A stretch of 64,000 nucleotides of DNA from contig DATIWG010000074.1 of NCBI GenBank assembly GCA_035519555.1, positions 1,292-65,291 on the forward strand. The letters run 5' to 3'. The notes below the pieces were generated by a model, which did no database searches, was not told the origin of the DNA, and saw only the letters and a program-made list of their open reading frames with translations. The stretch comes from Nitrosotalea sp. (GTDB lineage Bacteria > Methylomirabilota > Methylomirabilia > Rokubacteriales > CSP1-6). This document shows, in pieces, positions 19,345 to 28,786 of this stretch. Position 1 is the first letter of the stretch, and every line of letters starts with the position of its first letter. The position numbers were made by a program, and so were the translations under genes.

Positions 19345-20298
19345 TCAGTACTGCTTCTTGAGATCCATCCCGGAGTAGAGCGAAGCGACCTGATCGTAGC
19401 CATTGAACATGAGCGTCTCGCGGCGGCGGAACTCGCCGATGCGCCGCTCCGTCGCCTGGCTCCAGCGCGGGTGATCCACCTTCGGGTTGACGTTGGAGTA
19501 GAAGCCGTACTCCTGGGGCGCCGCCTTGTTCCACGCCGTCTTCGGCTCGTCGGCGGTGAGGCGAATGCGCACGATGGACTTGGCACTCTTGAAGCCGTAC
19601 TTCCACGGGATCACGATGCGGATCGGAGCGCCGTTCTGGTTCGGCAACACCTGGCCGTACATCCCAACCGTGAGCAGCGTGAGCGGGTGGAGCGCCTCGT
19701 CGAGCCTGAGGCCCTCCGTGTAGGGCCAGTCGAGGCCGCCGAAGCTGAAGAGGCCCTTCTTCTGGGCCGGGAACTGCTCCGGATCGACCAGGGTGGAGAA
19801 CTCGACGTACTTGGCGGAGCCGGTCGGGTCGACTCGCTTGAGGAGAACGGAGAGTGGGAACCCGATCCACGGGATCACCATCGACCAGCCCTCGACGCAG
19901 CGCAGGCGGTATACGCGCTCCTCGAGTGGCGCCATCTTGAGCACGTCGTCGACGTCGAAGGTCTGGGGCTTCTGCACCAAGCCGTCGACCTGCACCTTCC
20001 ACGGCCGCGGCTTGAGTGTGCCCGCGAGCTGCGCCGGGTCCTCCTTGTTGACCCCGAACTCGTAGAAGTTATTGTAGGTGGTGGCGTCGTGGAACTTGGT
20101 GGTGGCGTCCGCGATGTCGAAGGCCTTGTTGCGGGTGGCCGCGAGCGGCGGCCCGGCCGCGGGGGGCGCAGCGGCCCCGGCCATGCCCGGGGCCAGGGCC
20201 AGCGCGGCTGCGCCCAGCATGAAGGCGCGCCGGTTCAGGTACAGCGCCTGGTCCGTGATCTCCCCGCTCTTGATCTCTCCACCCCGCTTGATCAGCAT
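19345..20298 (-). CDS. msrP: protein-methionine-sulfoxide reductase catalytic subunit MsrP (YedY)
   Basis: From ATG 20298 (MLIKRGG...). Tat-like leader [25 protein letters not shown] and CVEGWS blocks of the sulfite-oxidase-fold YedY family. Confidence 0.9.
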   Translation of the reverse strand: MLIKRGGEIKSGEITDQALYLNRRAFMLGAAALALAPGMAGAAAPPAAGPPLAATRNKAFDIADATTKFHDATTYNNFYEFGVNKEDPAQLAGTLKPRPWKVQVDGLVQKPQTFDVDDVLKMAPLEERVYRLRCVEGWSMVIPWIGFPLSVLLKRVDPTGSAKYVEFSTLVDPEQFPAQKKGLFSFGGLDWPYTEGLRLDEALHPLTLLTVGMYGQVLPNQNGAPIRIVIPWKYGFKSAKSIVRIRLTADEPKTAWNKAAPQEYGFYSNVNPKVDHPRWSQATERRIGEFRRRETLMFNGYDQVASLYSGMDLKKQY

Positions 20299-20469
20299 GT
20301 CGTCACCGTCCTCCTGTGGAGCCGAGTGTATCAGCGCCCGGCGCCGGGATGTCACGAGGGTGTGAATACGAGCCCCCACCGGATGCGGCCGTCGCCCGGC
20401 CATCCCCAAGCGCTGGCATCGCCGCAGGTCCCCTTATTCCTGCGGGCTTGGCGAACCCCCACTCCTAAG

Positions 20470-21177
20470 ATGATGGCGCCGACCATGGGGATCCGGTCTC
20501 GCGTGACGGCGATCGCGGCAGGGCTATTGCTCTCGGCCTGCGCGACGGCGCCCGAAGGCACGTACTACGCGAGCCCCACCGATCCGGGCACGGCCCGGGT
20601 CTCGCACATCCTGTATCGCGCGGCCACCGCCGCCGGCGACGATCCGGAGCGCTATGGCTTCTCGTTCATCAAGAGCCCGACGGCGGCCGCCTACAGCGAC
20701 GAGGACGCGACCTTCTACTTCACCGACGGCCTGATGCGTCATCCCACCCCGGTGGTCGAGGCGGTGGTGGCGCACGAGGTGGCCCACGAGGTGCTCGGGC
20801 ACGTGGGGACGCGTCGGAAGCTGTCCCTGTCGCTGACCGCCGGCTTCGGGGCGCTCGGCCTCTTCGCACCGGGCGCGGGCCTGCTCGACTTCGTGGTCAA
20901 CCCGCTGGTGGTGCGGGCCTTCAGCCGCCAGCAGGAGATGCAGGCCGATCAGAAGGCCGTCGAGATCCTGCGCGCCATGGGACATCCGGCGCCGCGGCGC
21001 TCGCTGGCCAACGCGCTGGAAGTGCTGGCCGCCCACACCCCGAAGGAACGCGAGGGGCTCGAGGGTCTGCTGGCCACCCATCCCACCCTCGACGCGCGCC
21101 TGGCCGCGCTCGAGCCGCTCGAGGCGCCCGCAACGACTCCGGTGAGCGCGGTAGCCCGGGTGAAGACTACGAAGTAG
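20470..21177 (+). CDS. M48 family metallopeptidase lipoprotein
   Basis: Distal part of track ORF 19168..21177 from ATG 20470. Lipobox LLLSAC, HEXXH (VAHEVAHEVLGH), downstream EMQADQKAV and THPTLDARL. Confidence 0.8.
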   Translation: MMAPTMGIRSRVTAIAAGLLLSACATAPEGTYYASPTDPGTARVSHILYRAATAAGDDPERYGFSFIKSPTAAAYSDEDATFYFTDGLMRHPTPVVEAVVAHEVAHEVLGHVGTRRKLSLSLTAGFGALGLFAPGAGLLDFVVNPLVVRAFSRQQEMQADQKAVEILRAMGHPAPRRSLANALEVLAAHTPKEREGLEGLLATHPTLDARLAALEPLEAPATTPVSAVARVKTTK

Positions 21178-21613
21178 AGACCGAAACGGGACGGGTCCCC
21201 GCGACCACATCGGAGAGCCCCCGCCGCTCGCGCGTGAACAGCACCGGCAGCCGGCCGAGCCCCAGCGTGAAGAGGCACAGGCCACCGCCCAGCACTCGCA
21301 GGAGCGCCCGACCGTAGCCGGCGGGTTGGCCGTCCCGGCGCACCACCGCGACACCCAGCAACATCTTCCCGAGCGTCTGCCCGCAGCCGCCGACCAGCAC
21401 CGTGTGATACACGACGTGGAGCATCACGCCCAGCAGCAGCACCCCCACGGCCAGCAGCCCGATGTCGAGCGCGTCGAGAGGATGGCGACGCCCCGGCAGC
21501 ACCGCGACCAGCAACCACATCGTGGCCAGGGCCCAGAGCATCATCCCCAGAGCCGCATCGGTGAGCGCGGCCGCGAGGAGGCGCCAGCGCGCGGCCGGAC
21601 GCAGGCCGCTCAC
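21167..21613 (-). CDS. RDD family membrane protein
   Basis: GQTLGKMLLGVAVVRRDG and RRGLSDVVAGT blocks flanking TM helices. Confidence 0.75.
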   Translation of the reverse strand: MSGLRPAARWRLLAAALTDAALGMMLWALATMWLLVAVLPGRRHPLDALDIGLLAVGVLLLGVMLHVVYHTVLVGGCGQTLGKMLLGVAVVRRDGQPAGYGRALLRVLGGGLCLFTLGLGRLPVLFTRERRGLSDVVAGTRPVSVSTS

Positions 21614-23655
21614 GACTCGCCGGCCTTCGACTTCTCACCGTACACGCGACGGTACTCCTCCCACGAGAGCATCACGCGCTTCACGAAGGCTCGTGTCTCG
21701 TTGTACGGGATCTGATCGACCCACACCTCGAGGTCGTCGCTGCGGCGGCCGGCCCACCACTCGCGCACACGAGTGGGCCCGGCATTGTACGCCGCCGCGG
21801 CCAGGCGCGCGTCACCGAACTCCCGCATGAGGCCCGCGAAGAAGGTGGTCCCGAGCTCGAGGTTGGTGACCGGCTGGTCGAGCACGTCGGCGTCGGGGAA
21901 CGGGATCTGGCGGGCCTGGGCGACCGCGCGGCCGGTATCCGGCATGAGCTGCATCAGCCCGCGCGCACCCACCCGGGAGCGCGCCCCCGGGTAGAACGAC
22001 GATTCCTCCCGTACCACCGCCGCGACCAGAAAGGGATCGAGCGAGACGCGATCCGCCGCGCTGGTGAGCGCCTGTCGCCAGCCGAGGGGGTAGAACATCT
22101 CGAGGAACTCGCGTGGCGAGGCCGCAGCGCTGCGGGCGACACCGAGGAAGTGGCGACGCAGGATGCGCAGGGCCATGTGATAGCGCTCGTCCGCCACGTA
22201 GGCGGCGGAGAGCGCGTAGAGGCGGCGCGGCTCGCCCACCGACGAGCGGGTGAGATCGTCGAGCTCCTCGTCGGCGAACTGGCGCAGGCCGACGCCGCGC
22301 AGCGCCTCCGCGCGGGCGAAGCGCGGGTCGCCCTGCAGCGCTTCGAGCGGATCGGCCGGGAACGTGAAAGGCATCCCGGTGCCAGGAGGGGCGGCGGGCA
22401 CGCGCTTGGCGGCCAGCAGGCCGTAGTACGTGCGCGGCGCGTCCCGCACGAGCTGGACGAAGAGCCGGGAGGCTTGCTCGCGATCTCCGCGACGCTCCCA
22501 CGCGCGCCCCAGCCAGTAGGTGGCCCCGTCACGCAGGCTCTGGCCGCCGCGAGCCGTCTGCAGTCGGGCCCATCGCGCGGTGGTCTCGACGTGATTGCCC
22601 CGGAACCATGACATCCAGCCGAGGCGCCAGAGCGCGGTGGCGGCCTCGTCCTCGTCCGGATAGTCGGCGGCCAGCTTGACGTAGACCTTCTCCGCCTCGG
22701 CGGGCTTGCCGGCGGCCTCCAGGATCTCCGCCTTCAGCAGGAGCGCGTCCGGCGCGTCGCTGCTCTTGGGATAGTCCCGCACGAGCCGGTCCAGCGAGGC
22801 CAGCGCCGCCTCGCGGTCCCGGCGCTGGCGTAGCCGGCTCAGCTCGAGCAGCCAGGCCGGGCGGCGCTCCGCCGGGGCGGTGGCGAGCGCGTCGTTGGCC
22901 GCGGCCAGCGCGGCCTCGTCGCGCCCGAGCCGTCGCGAGGCGTTCATCACGACGCGCAGCGCGCGCTCGCGCACGTCGGACGCCGGCTTGTCGGCCACGA
23001 CGGCTTCGGCCTCCGCGCGGGCTCGCTCGAGCAGGCCCGCGCCAAGCAGCCGCTCCGCGCGCGTGGTCCGCTCGGCCGGCGTCGGAGCCAGCCCGGGCGC
23101 GCCGGCGTCGGCCAGGGCCTTGAGCTGCTGCTCCGCCGCGTCACCGTACGTCGCCGGCGCCTGCAACCACAGCGCCGAGAAGACGCGCGCGGCCTCCGGC
23201 GGGTCGCCCGCCCCGATGAGCGCCTCGCCCAGCGCGTAGCGGATCCGCGTCGCGTCGGGATGGTCCGGGTACCGCGTCAGGACCCGCCGCAACAGAGCCA
23301 CGGCCCCGCTCGGATCTCCTGCCTCGCTGAGCACACCCGCCGCCTGCACGAGCGCCGACGCGGTCAGCGCCGTCTCGGGCTTGCGGTCCGCGGCCCGCGC
23401 GACCAGCGCCCGCGCCTCCGCCGAATCGCCCTGACGTAGCACGCTCTCGGCCTGGAACAGCAGCGCATAGTCCTCGAGCGGTGTACCGCCCCACGACGGA
23501 TCTCCGAACTCCTGCGCCGCCGCGGTCCAGTCCCCCGCCTTCTGCGCCGCGAGCGCGGCCACGAACCGCTCCCGCATGTCTGGAGCCAGCCCGGCCGGCG
23601 CCGCGCCCACCAGGACGAGAGAAACGAGACACGCCGCCGCCGCCAACCGCCTCAT
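21610..23655 (-). CDS. soluble lytic murein transglycosylase (Slt70-like; superhelical/TPR N-domain + SLT domain)
   Basis: C-terminal EESSFYPGARSRVGARGLMQLMPDTG...AAYNAGPTRV with a long Ala/Leu-rich repeat N-domain. Start placed at ATG 23655 (MRRLAAAACLVSLVLVGAAPA); 23679 is an alternative. Confidence 0.85.
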   Translation of the reverse strand: MRRLAAAACLVSLVLVGAAPAGLAPDMRERFVAALAAQKAGDWTAAAQEFGDPSWGGTPLEDYALLFQAESVLRQGDSAEARALVARAADRKPETALTASALVQAAGVLSEAGDPSGAVALLRRVLTRYPDHPDATRIRYALGEALIGAGDPPEAARVFSALWLQAPATYGDAAEQQLKALADAGAPGLAPTPAERTTRAERLLGAGLLERARAEAEAVVADKPASDVRERALRVVMNASRRLGRDEAALAAANDALATAPAERRPAWLLELSRLRQRRDREAALASLDRLVRDYPKSSDAPDALLLKAEILEAAGKPAEAEKVYVKLAADYPDEDEAATALWRLGWMSWFRGNHVETTARWARLQTARGGQSLRDGATYWLGRAWERRGDREQASRLFVQLVRDAPRTYYGLLAAKRVPAAPPGTGMPFTFPADPLEALQGDPRFARAEALRGVGLRQFADEELDDLTRSSVGEPRRLYALSAAYVADERYHMALRILRRHFLGVARSAAASPREFLEMFYPLGWRQALTSAADRVSLDPFLVAAVVREESSFYPGARSRVGARGLMQLMPDTGRAVAQARQIPFPDADVLDQPVTNLELGTTFFAGLMREFGDARLAAAAYNAGPTRVREWWAGRRSDDLEVWVDQIPYNETRAFVKRVMLSWEEYRRVYGEKSKAGES

Positions 23656-23786
23656 ATGAAAGCAGTGTACCAGCCCCACCCCCCTCGCCCCCCCGCGGCT
23701 AACGGCCCGGAAAAGGGGCGAGCGGTGAAAGGAAAGCGGTCCTGGTCAATACCAGGTACGCCGACCACCTGGTCCCGTCGCGGGTG

Positions 23787-23832
23787 CCGCGGGGCGGGGA
23801 ACGGGTCCGGAGACCCTCTCCCCGCCCCGCGG
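23787..23832. repeat. 46-nt near-perfect palindromic hairpin element (GC-rich REP-like)
   Basis: CCGCGGGGCGGGGA (23787-23800) and TCCCCGCCCCGCGG (23819-23832) are perfect 14-nt inverted repeats. They enclose GGGTC-CGGA-GACCC. The element shares the 12-mer GACCCTCTCCCC with the hairpin at 18714-18725. Confidence 0.6.
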
Positions 23833-23870
23833 CGCCCACGACGGGGTCAGGGCCGGCCACGCGCTCGCGA

Positions 23871-24464
23871 CTAGTGCAGCGCGTCCTCCCGAGCCGTTAC
23901 CGCCCGCCGCGTGTAGAGGATCCGCTGGAACGCGGTCACGTTGGTGAGGATCGCGAGCACGATCATCGCCGGCGTGAGCAGGTTGAACGTCGACCCGGCG
24001 ATCAGGACGATGAGCCGCTCGGGCCGCTCCATGAGCCCGATCTCGCACGACACGCCGATGGATTGTGCCCGGGCCTTCGTGTAGCTGACCATGATCGTGC
24101 CGACCAGGGTGACCAGGGTGATGCCAACGCCGGGGGTGTCGGCGAGCCGCTCATAGTACAGCACCACGCCCAGCAGCACCATCAGGTCCGAGTAGCGGTC
24201 GACCACGGAATCCAGGAAGGCGCCGAAGGCGCTCACGCTGTTGGCGAGGCGCGCGAGCGCGCCGTCGAAGAAGTCGCACAGACCGGCCACCGCCAGCAGC
24301 ACCGCGGCCAGCCGCAGCTGGCCCTGGGCCATGGCGCACGCCGCCACGATGCTGACGCCGAGCCCCACCACGGTCAGGTGATTCGGTCGGACGTGGGCCC
24401 GGAGCAGAGCCCGCGCGACCGGATCGCCGAGCCGCGACAGCGGCGTCTTGTAGTGGCTCAGCAT
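23871..24464 (-). CDS. CDP-alcohol phosphatidyltransferase family protein
   Basis: DFFDGALARL...DSVVDRYSD matches the DGx2ARx8Gx3Dx3D signature. Multi-TM. Confidence 0.85.
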   Translation of the reverse strand: MLSHYKTPLSRLGDPVARALLRAHVRPNHLTVVGLGVSIVAACAMAQGQLRLAAVLLAVAGLCDFFDGALARLANSVSAFGAFLDSVVDRYSDLMVLLGVVLYYERLADTPGVGITLVTLVGTIMVSYTKARAQSIGVSCEIGLMERPERLIVLIAGSTFNLLTPAMIVLAILTNVTAFQRILYTRRAVTAREDALH

Positions 24465-27176
24465 CTAGAGCGGCTTCAGCAGGGCGTCTTCCAGGCTCTC
24501 GCGGATCCGGGCCATCGCCGACTCGTCCTCGAGCCGGCGACCGTGGCGATCGGTGACGTAGAAGGTGTCGTAGGCCTGGTCGATCTCGGTGGCGATCCGC
24601 GCGCTCGCGATGTCGAGGCCCTGGGCGGAGAGCGTCCGCGTGATGACGTAGAGCAGCCCCACCCGGTCGGGACACTTCACCTCCAGTACCGTGGAGCTGT
24701 CGGAGAGCTGGTTGTCGAGCGAGATCTTGGGCGGGCCGGCCACGCCCCCCTCGCTGCCCGCGTGGAGACTGCGCCGCCGCGCGAGCAGGTCCTCTACGCT
24801 GACCTCCCCCCGCAGCACGCGCCGCAGCGCCTCGAGCGTCCGGCGCCAGCGTGCCTCCTCGGTGACCGCCTCCCCGAACGGGTCGTTCACCTGGAAGGTG
24901 TCGATGACGATGCCGTCGGCGCGCGTGTGGATCTGAGCGGAGAGGATGTTGATCCCCTGCGCGGCGAGCGTGCCCGCGATGAGTGCGAAGAGGCCCGGGA
25001 CGTCCCGCGTGGCCACCACCAGCTCCGAGGAGCCGAGGTCCGGATGGTGGAACAGCTCGGTGGCGAGCACGCCCTCCTCGGCGAGCCGATCGAGCAGGCG
25101 CAGGTGGGCCGCGATGCGCTGGGGCGACATGGTGGCCAGATAGCGCTCGGAGAGCAGCGCGAGGTGCGCGGCCACCGTGGTGCGCGCGACCTCCCCGCGC
25201 ATCGCCTCGGTCACCCGCTGCGCCATCGCCTCCCGCGTCGGCCGCTCCCGCTGGCCGCCGGTGACCCGTGCCAGCGTCCGCGCGTAGAGATCCCAGAGAA
25301 TCTGGGCCTGCCAGCCGGTCATGACGCCGGGGCCCACCGCGCGCATGTCGGCGCACGTGAGCAGGTAGAGCATGCGCAGCCGCTCCGGCGTCCTGCACAC
25401 CTCGGCGAGCGACTCGACCGTCTTCGGGTCGTCGATGTCGCGCCGCTGGGCGATGTGCGACATCGTCAGGTGGTGGGCGACCAGGAAGATGACCTTGTCG
25501 GCGTCCTCGGGAGCCAGACCGACGCGCGTGGTGAGCGTCTCGATCAGCGGGATGCCCTTGGCGACGTGGCCGTGCCCCTTGCCCTTGCCGATGTCGTGCA
25601 GGAGCATCCCCATCATCAGGAGGCCGGGCCGCTCCAGCTCGCTCACCACCTGCGCGTTGCCCTCGGAGTCCGGCGACTGGCCGGGGGCGAGCGCCTCGAG
25701 GTTCTGCACCGCGAGGAGCGAGTGCTGGTCGGCGGTAAACTTGTGGTAGACGTCATACTGCACGAGGCAGGTCAGCGCCCCCCACTCCGGCAGGTACCTC
25801 CCCAGCACGCCCAACTCGTGCATCTCGCGGAAGGTCTGAGCCACCCGGCCCCAGTTCCGGCAGATCCCGAGGAAGAGGTCGCGGGCCTCGGGGGAGGCGC
25901 GGAAGGCGTCGTCGATGAGGTCGAGGGAGTCCTCGATGGCCCGCTCCACGTCGATGCCGAGCTCGAAGCCGAGCTGGTGGCTGTGCCAGAACACCTTCAG
26001 GAGCCGCAGCGGGTCCTCGCGGAACGCGCGCCCGTCCGGCTGGGCCAGGCGCAGCTGCTCGTCGATGACGATGAGCCCGTCGGCGAGCGCCTCCTGGCGC
26101 AGCCGGCGGTGCACGGAGGCGCGGCGTGACAGCGTCTCCCGGCAGCGGGCGATCAGGCGCCGTGACACGCGATGGATCACCCGCGCGTGCATGTAGTAGT
26201 CGCGCATGAACTTCTCGACGGGCAGCGACAGCTCGTCGCCGGTGTAGCCGAAGTTCTTCGCGATCTGCGGCTGGATGTCGCGCGAGAGCACGTCGTTCTT
26301 GTGGCCGGAGAGGAAGTGCAGCTCGTTCCGCACCCGCCAGAGGAGCGTCAGCGCCTCGTCGGTCGCCCGCTGCTCCCGCTCGGTGATGAGCCGCTTGTCC
26401 GCGAGCTCTCGCAGGGTCCGCGTGCCGAACTTGGTGGAGGCCAGCCACATCGCGGTGTGGATGTCTCGCAGGCCGCCCGCCGACTCCTTGACGTTGGGCT
26501 CACCCATGTACGGGGAGCCGCCGAACTTGCGATAGCGCTGGTCGCGCTCGGTGAGCGTGGTCTCCAGGAACTGGGCGAAGTCCTTCTGGTAGACGTTCTC
26601 GGCCAGGACTTTCCGGAAGCGGTTGAAGAGGCGGCGGTCACCTACCAGGAAGCGCGCCTGCTGCATGGAGGTGCGACTCGGAAAGTCGGTGCGGGCCATC
26701 GCCAGGCAGTCCGGCAGGCTCCGCACCGCGTGACCGACCTGCAGGCCCAAATCCCAGAGCGCGTAGAGGAGACCCTGGGTGGTCCTCTGCACGTACGTCC
26801 CCATCTCGCCGTCGTAGATCAGCATCAGGTCGAGGTCGGAGAGCGGGTGCAGTTCGCCGCGCCCGTAGCCGCCGAGCGCCACCAGCACCACCGGGGTCGG
26901 GGCGAGACCCTCGCGCTTGGCGTCGGCCACCGCCAGACGGTACAGGGTGGCCAGGAAGCCGTCCATGAACGAGGCGTAGGCCTGGACCGACTGCTGGCCG
27001 GATGCGCCGCCCAGATGCGCGGCACGGAGGAAATCGACGTTGGAGGAGAGGTGCTGGCGCAGCACCTCGAGCCTCAGCCGGCGCCGGCGCTCTGCAATCT
27101 CGGCAGCGCTGCCGTCGAATCCCTTCTCGGCCTGCGTCTCGACGCGGCGGACCTGTCTAAGCAGTTCCGCAGACAT
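24465..27176 (-). CDS. glnD: [protein-PII] uridylyltransferase / uridylyl-removing enzyme
   Basis: 903 aa. Nucleotidyltransferase GGYGRGELHPLSDLDLMLIY, HD domain LLHDIGKGKGHGH, two C-terminal ACT-like domains. Confidence 0.9.
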   Translation of the reverse strand: MSAELLRQVRRVETQAEKGFDGSAAEIAERRRRLRLEVLRQHLSSNVDFLRAAHLGGASGQQSVQAYASFMDGFLATLYRLAVADAKREGLAPTPVVLVALGGYGRGELHPLSDLDLMLIYDGEMGTYVQRTTQGLLYALWDLGLQVGHAVRSLPDCLAMARTDFPSRTSMQQARFLVGDRRLFNRFRKVLAENVYQKDFAQFLETTLTERDQRYRKFGGSPYMGEPNVKESAGGLRDIHTAMWLASTKFGTRTLRELADKRLITEREQRATDEALTLLWRVRNELHFLSGHKNDVLSRDIQPQIAKNFGYTGDELSLPVEKFMRDYYMHARVIHRVSRRLIARCRETLSRRASVHRRLRQEALADGLIVIDEQLRLAQPDGRAFREDPLRLLKVFWHSHQLGFELGIDVERAIEDSLDLIDDAFRASPEARDLFLGICRNWGRVAQTFREMHELGVLGRYLPEWGALTCLVQYDVYHKFTADQHSLLAVQNLEALAPGQSPDSEGNAQVVSELERPGLLMMGMLLHDIGKGKGHGHVAKGIPLIETLTTRVGLAPEDADKVIFLVAHHLTMSHIAQRRDIDDPKTVESLAEVCRTPERLRMLYLLTCADMRAVGPGVMTGWQAQILWDLYARTLARVTGGQRERPTREAMAQRVTEAMRGEVARTTVAAHLALLSERYLATMSPQRIAAHLRLLDRLAEEGVLATELFHHPDLGSSELVVATRDVPGLFALIAGTLAAQGINILSAQIHTRADGIVIDTFQVNDPFGEAVTEEARWRRTLEALRRVLRGEVSVEDLLARRRSLHAGSEGGVAGPPKISLDNQLSDSSTVLEVKCPDRVGLLYVITRTLSAQGLDIASARIATEIDQAYDTFYVTDRHGRRLEDESAMARIRESLEDALLKPL

Positions 27177-27237
27177 GGCGAAACGGTAGCCTGGACCGAC
27201 AAGAAAGTCAAACTTGGCGGGAACTTGTATCGCAGTT

Positions 27238-27243
27238 TACAAT
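27238..27243 (+). promoter_or_regulatory. -10-like TACAAT box 8 nt upstream of the hisC ATG (possible leaderless transcript)
   Basis: TACAAT at 27238-27243. No purine-rich SD lies between it and ATG 27252. TTGGCG lies 19 nt upstream. Confidence 0.25.
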
Positions 27244-27251
27244 GACGACCT

Positions 27252-28361
27252 ATGCGACGGCTGTGGCGGAGTGTGCTCGACCGCGTGGCGCCCTACGACG
27301 CCGGCAAATCCCTCGAAGCTCTGGCGCGAGAGCTGGGCGTCGACACGGTGCTGCGCCTGTCGTCGAACGAGAACCCGCTGGGCCCGTCGGCCCGGGTCAT
27401 CGAGGCCATCCGGCGCGAGGCGCCACGCGCGCACCTCTACCCCGACGGCGGATGCACCGAGCTCCGCGAGGCGCTCGCGGGCCGGCTCGGCATCTCCGCT
27501 CAGTCCATCGTGGTCGGCAACGGCGCCGATGAGCTGCTGGCCATGCTCGCGCGGGCGGCGCTGGATCCCGGCGACGAGGTCGTGGTACCGCACCCGGCCT
27601 TCGAGCCGTACGGCACCGAGGCGACCCTGTCCGGCGCCACCGTGGTGCCGAGCCCGCTGCGGGGTTACGAGCAGGATCTGGACGACATGCTCCGTCGCGT
27701 GAATCCGCGGACGAAGTGCGTGATCGTCTGCACCCCGCACAACCCGGCGGCGACCATCGTCCGGAGCGCGTCGCTCGAGCGCTTTCTCGAGGCGCTGGGC
27801 GACGACCCGCCGCTGGTCCTCCTCGACGAGGCCTACCGCGACTTCTGCGACGACCCGGACACGCCGGACGGCGTCGTGCTGCAGCGGCGCTACCCGACCC
27901 TCATCTCACTGCGCACCTTCTCGAAGATCGCGGGGCTCGCGGGCATGCGGGTGGGCTACGCGATCGCGCGGCCGGAACACATCGAGCGGCTGAACCGCGT
28001 GCGCGCGCCCTACAACGTCAACCGGCTCGCCCAGGTCGCCGGGGTGGCCGCGCTCGGCGACCCCGAGCATCTCGAGCGGACACGCGCCATCGTACTGGCC
28101 GAGCGACCCCGGCTGCAGGCGGCGCTGACCGAGCGCGGGGCGCCGTCACCGCCGTCCCAGGCCAACTTCATCCTGCCGAAGGTGGGCGACCAGGCGGGCG
28201 CGCTGCGAGCCGCGCTGCTCAAGGCGGGCATCCTCGTGCGGGACGGCGCCGGCGTGGGCTTCCCCGGTCACCTGCGCATCGCGGTCGGGACGGCGGAGCA
28301 CAACCGGCGGCTGCTGGAGGTGTGGGACGCGGTGCTGGGTCGACCGACGGAGCGGGCGTAA
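27252..28361 (+). CDS. hisC: histidinol-phosphate aminotransferase
   Basis: LSSNENPLGPS N-terminal block, class-II aminotransferase pattern (RTFSKIAGLAGMRVGY), 369 aa. Confidence 0.9.
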   Translation: MRRLWRSVLDRVAPYDAGKSLEALARELGVDTVLRLSSNENPLGPSARVIEAIRREAPRAHLYPDGGCTELREALAGRLGISAQSIVVGNGADELLAMLARAALDPGDEVVVPHPAFEPYGTEATLSGATVVPSPLRGYEQDLDDMLRRVNPRTKCVIVCTPHNPAATIVRSASLERFLEALGDDPPLVLLDEAYRDFCDDPDTPDGVVLQRRYPTLISLRTFSKIAGLAGMRVGYAIARPEHIERLNRVRAPYNVNRLAQVAGVAALGDPEHLERTRAIVLAERPRLQAALTERGAPSPPSQANFILPKVGDQAGALRAALLKAGILVRDGAGVGFPGHLRIAVGTAEHNRRLLEVWDAVLGRPTERA

Positions 28362-28369
28362 ATCGGGCG

Positions 28370-28732
28370 CTAGCGCCGTTCGGTCGGGTTGGTCGTGGCG
28401 GCGCCCTTGGGGGCGGGACGGGGGCGTGACTGGCGTTCCAGCTGGGCGATGCGCTGCTTCGCCAGGGCCGCCTCGGTGCGGAGCTTCTCGGCCTCGATGT
28501 AGACCTTCTTCAGCTCCGCCGAAAGCCGGTCGGCCCGGTCCCGGTTCTCCACCCACTTGCCCCACAAGGTCACGCTCAGCACCACCAGCAGCAGACACGA
28601 GCTGATCAGCAGCCACGGCCGCCTCGGCCTGATCCGGCGTCCGAGGCGAGCGTGCGGCCCCGCGGCCGCGGAGAGGGTCGCCCCATCTGGTCTCATGCCG
28701 GGAAGCCTACACCCGCCTTCCCGGGAAGCCAA
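28370..28732 (-). CDS. hypothetical membrane-anchored coiled-coil protein
   Basis: One TM (PWLLISSCLLLVVLSVTLW) followed by a heptad-like segment (LSAELKKVYIEAEKLRTEAALAKQRIAQLE). The start may be ATG 28696. Confidence 0.5.
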   Translation of the reverse strand: MASREGGCRLPGMRPDGATLSAAAGPHARLGRRIRPRRPWLLISSCLLLVVLSVTLWGKWVENRDRADRLSAELKKVYIEAEKLRTEAALAKQRIAQLERQSRPRPAPKGAATTNPTERR

Positions 28733-28786
28733 AGGTTTGCGCTATGATCGCCTCGGACCCGACCGGACAGCGAGAGGAGAACATCG

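Noticed and set aside
19168-20469. 5' portion of the 669-aa + ORF
   Set aside because: Antisense to msrQ/msrP. Only the part from ATG 20470 (lipobox + HEXXH) looks real.
23784-26129. 781-aa + strand ORF (and 24151..25398 -, 25753..26448 -)
   Set aside because: Antisense or off-frame shadow ORFs over glnD and the CDP-alcohol transferase gene. The composition is dominated by R/G/E/D/H/P. glnD motifs are unambiguous on the minus strand in the 24465..27176 frame.
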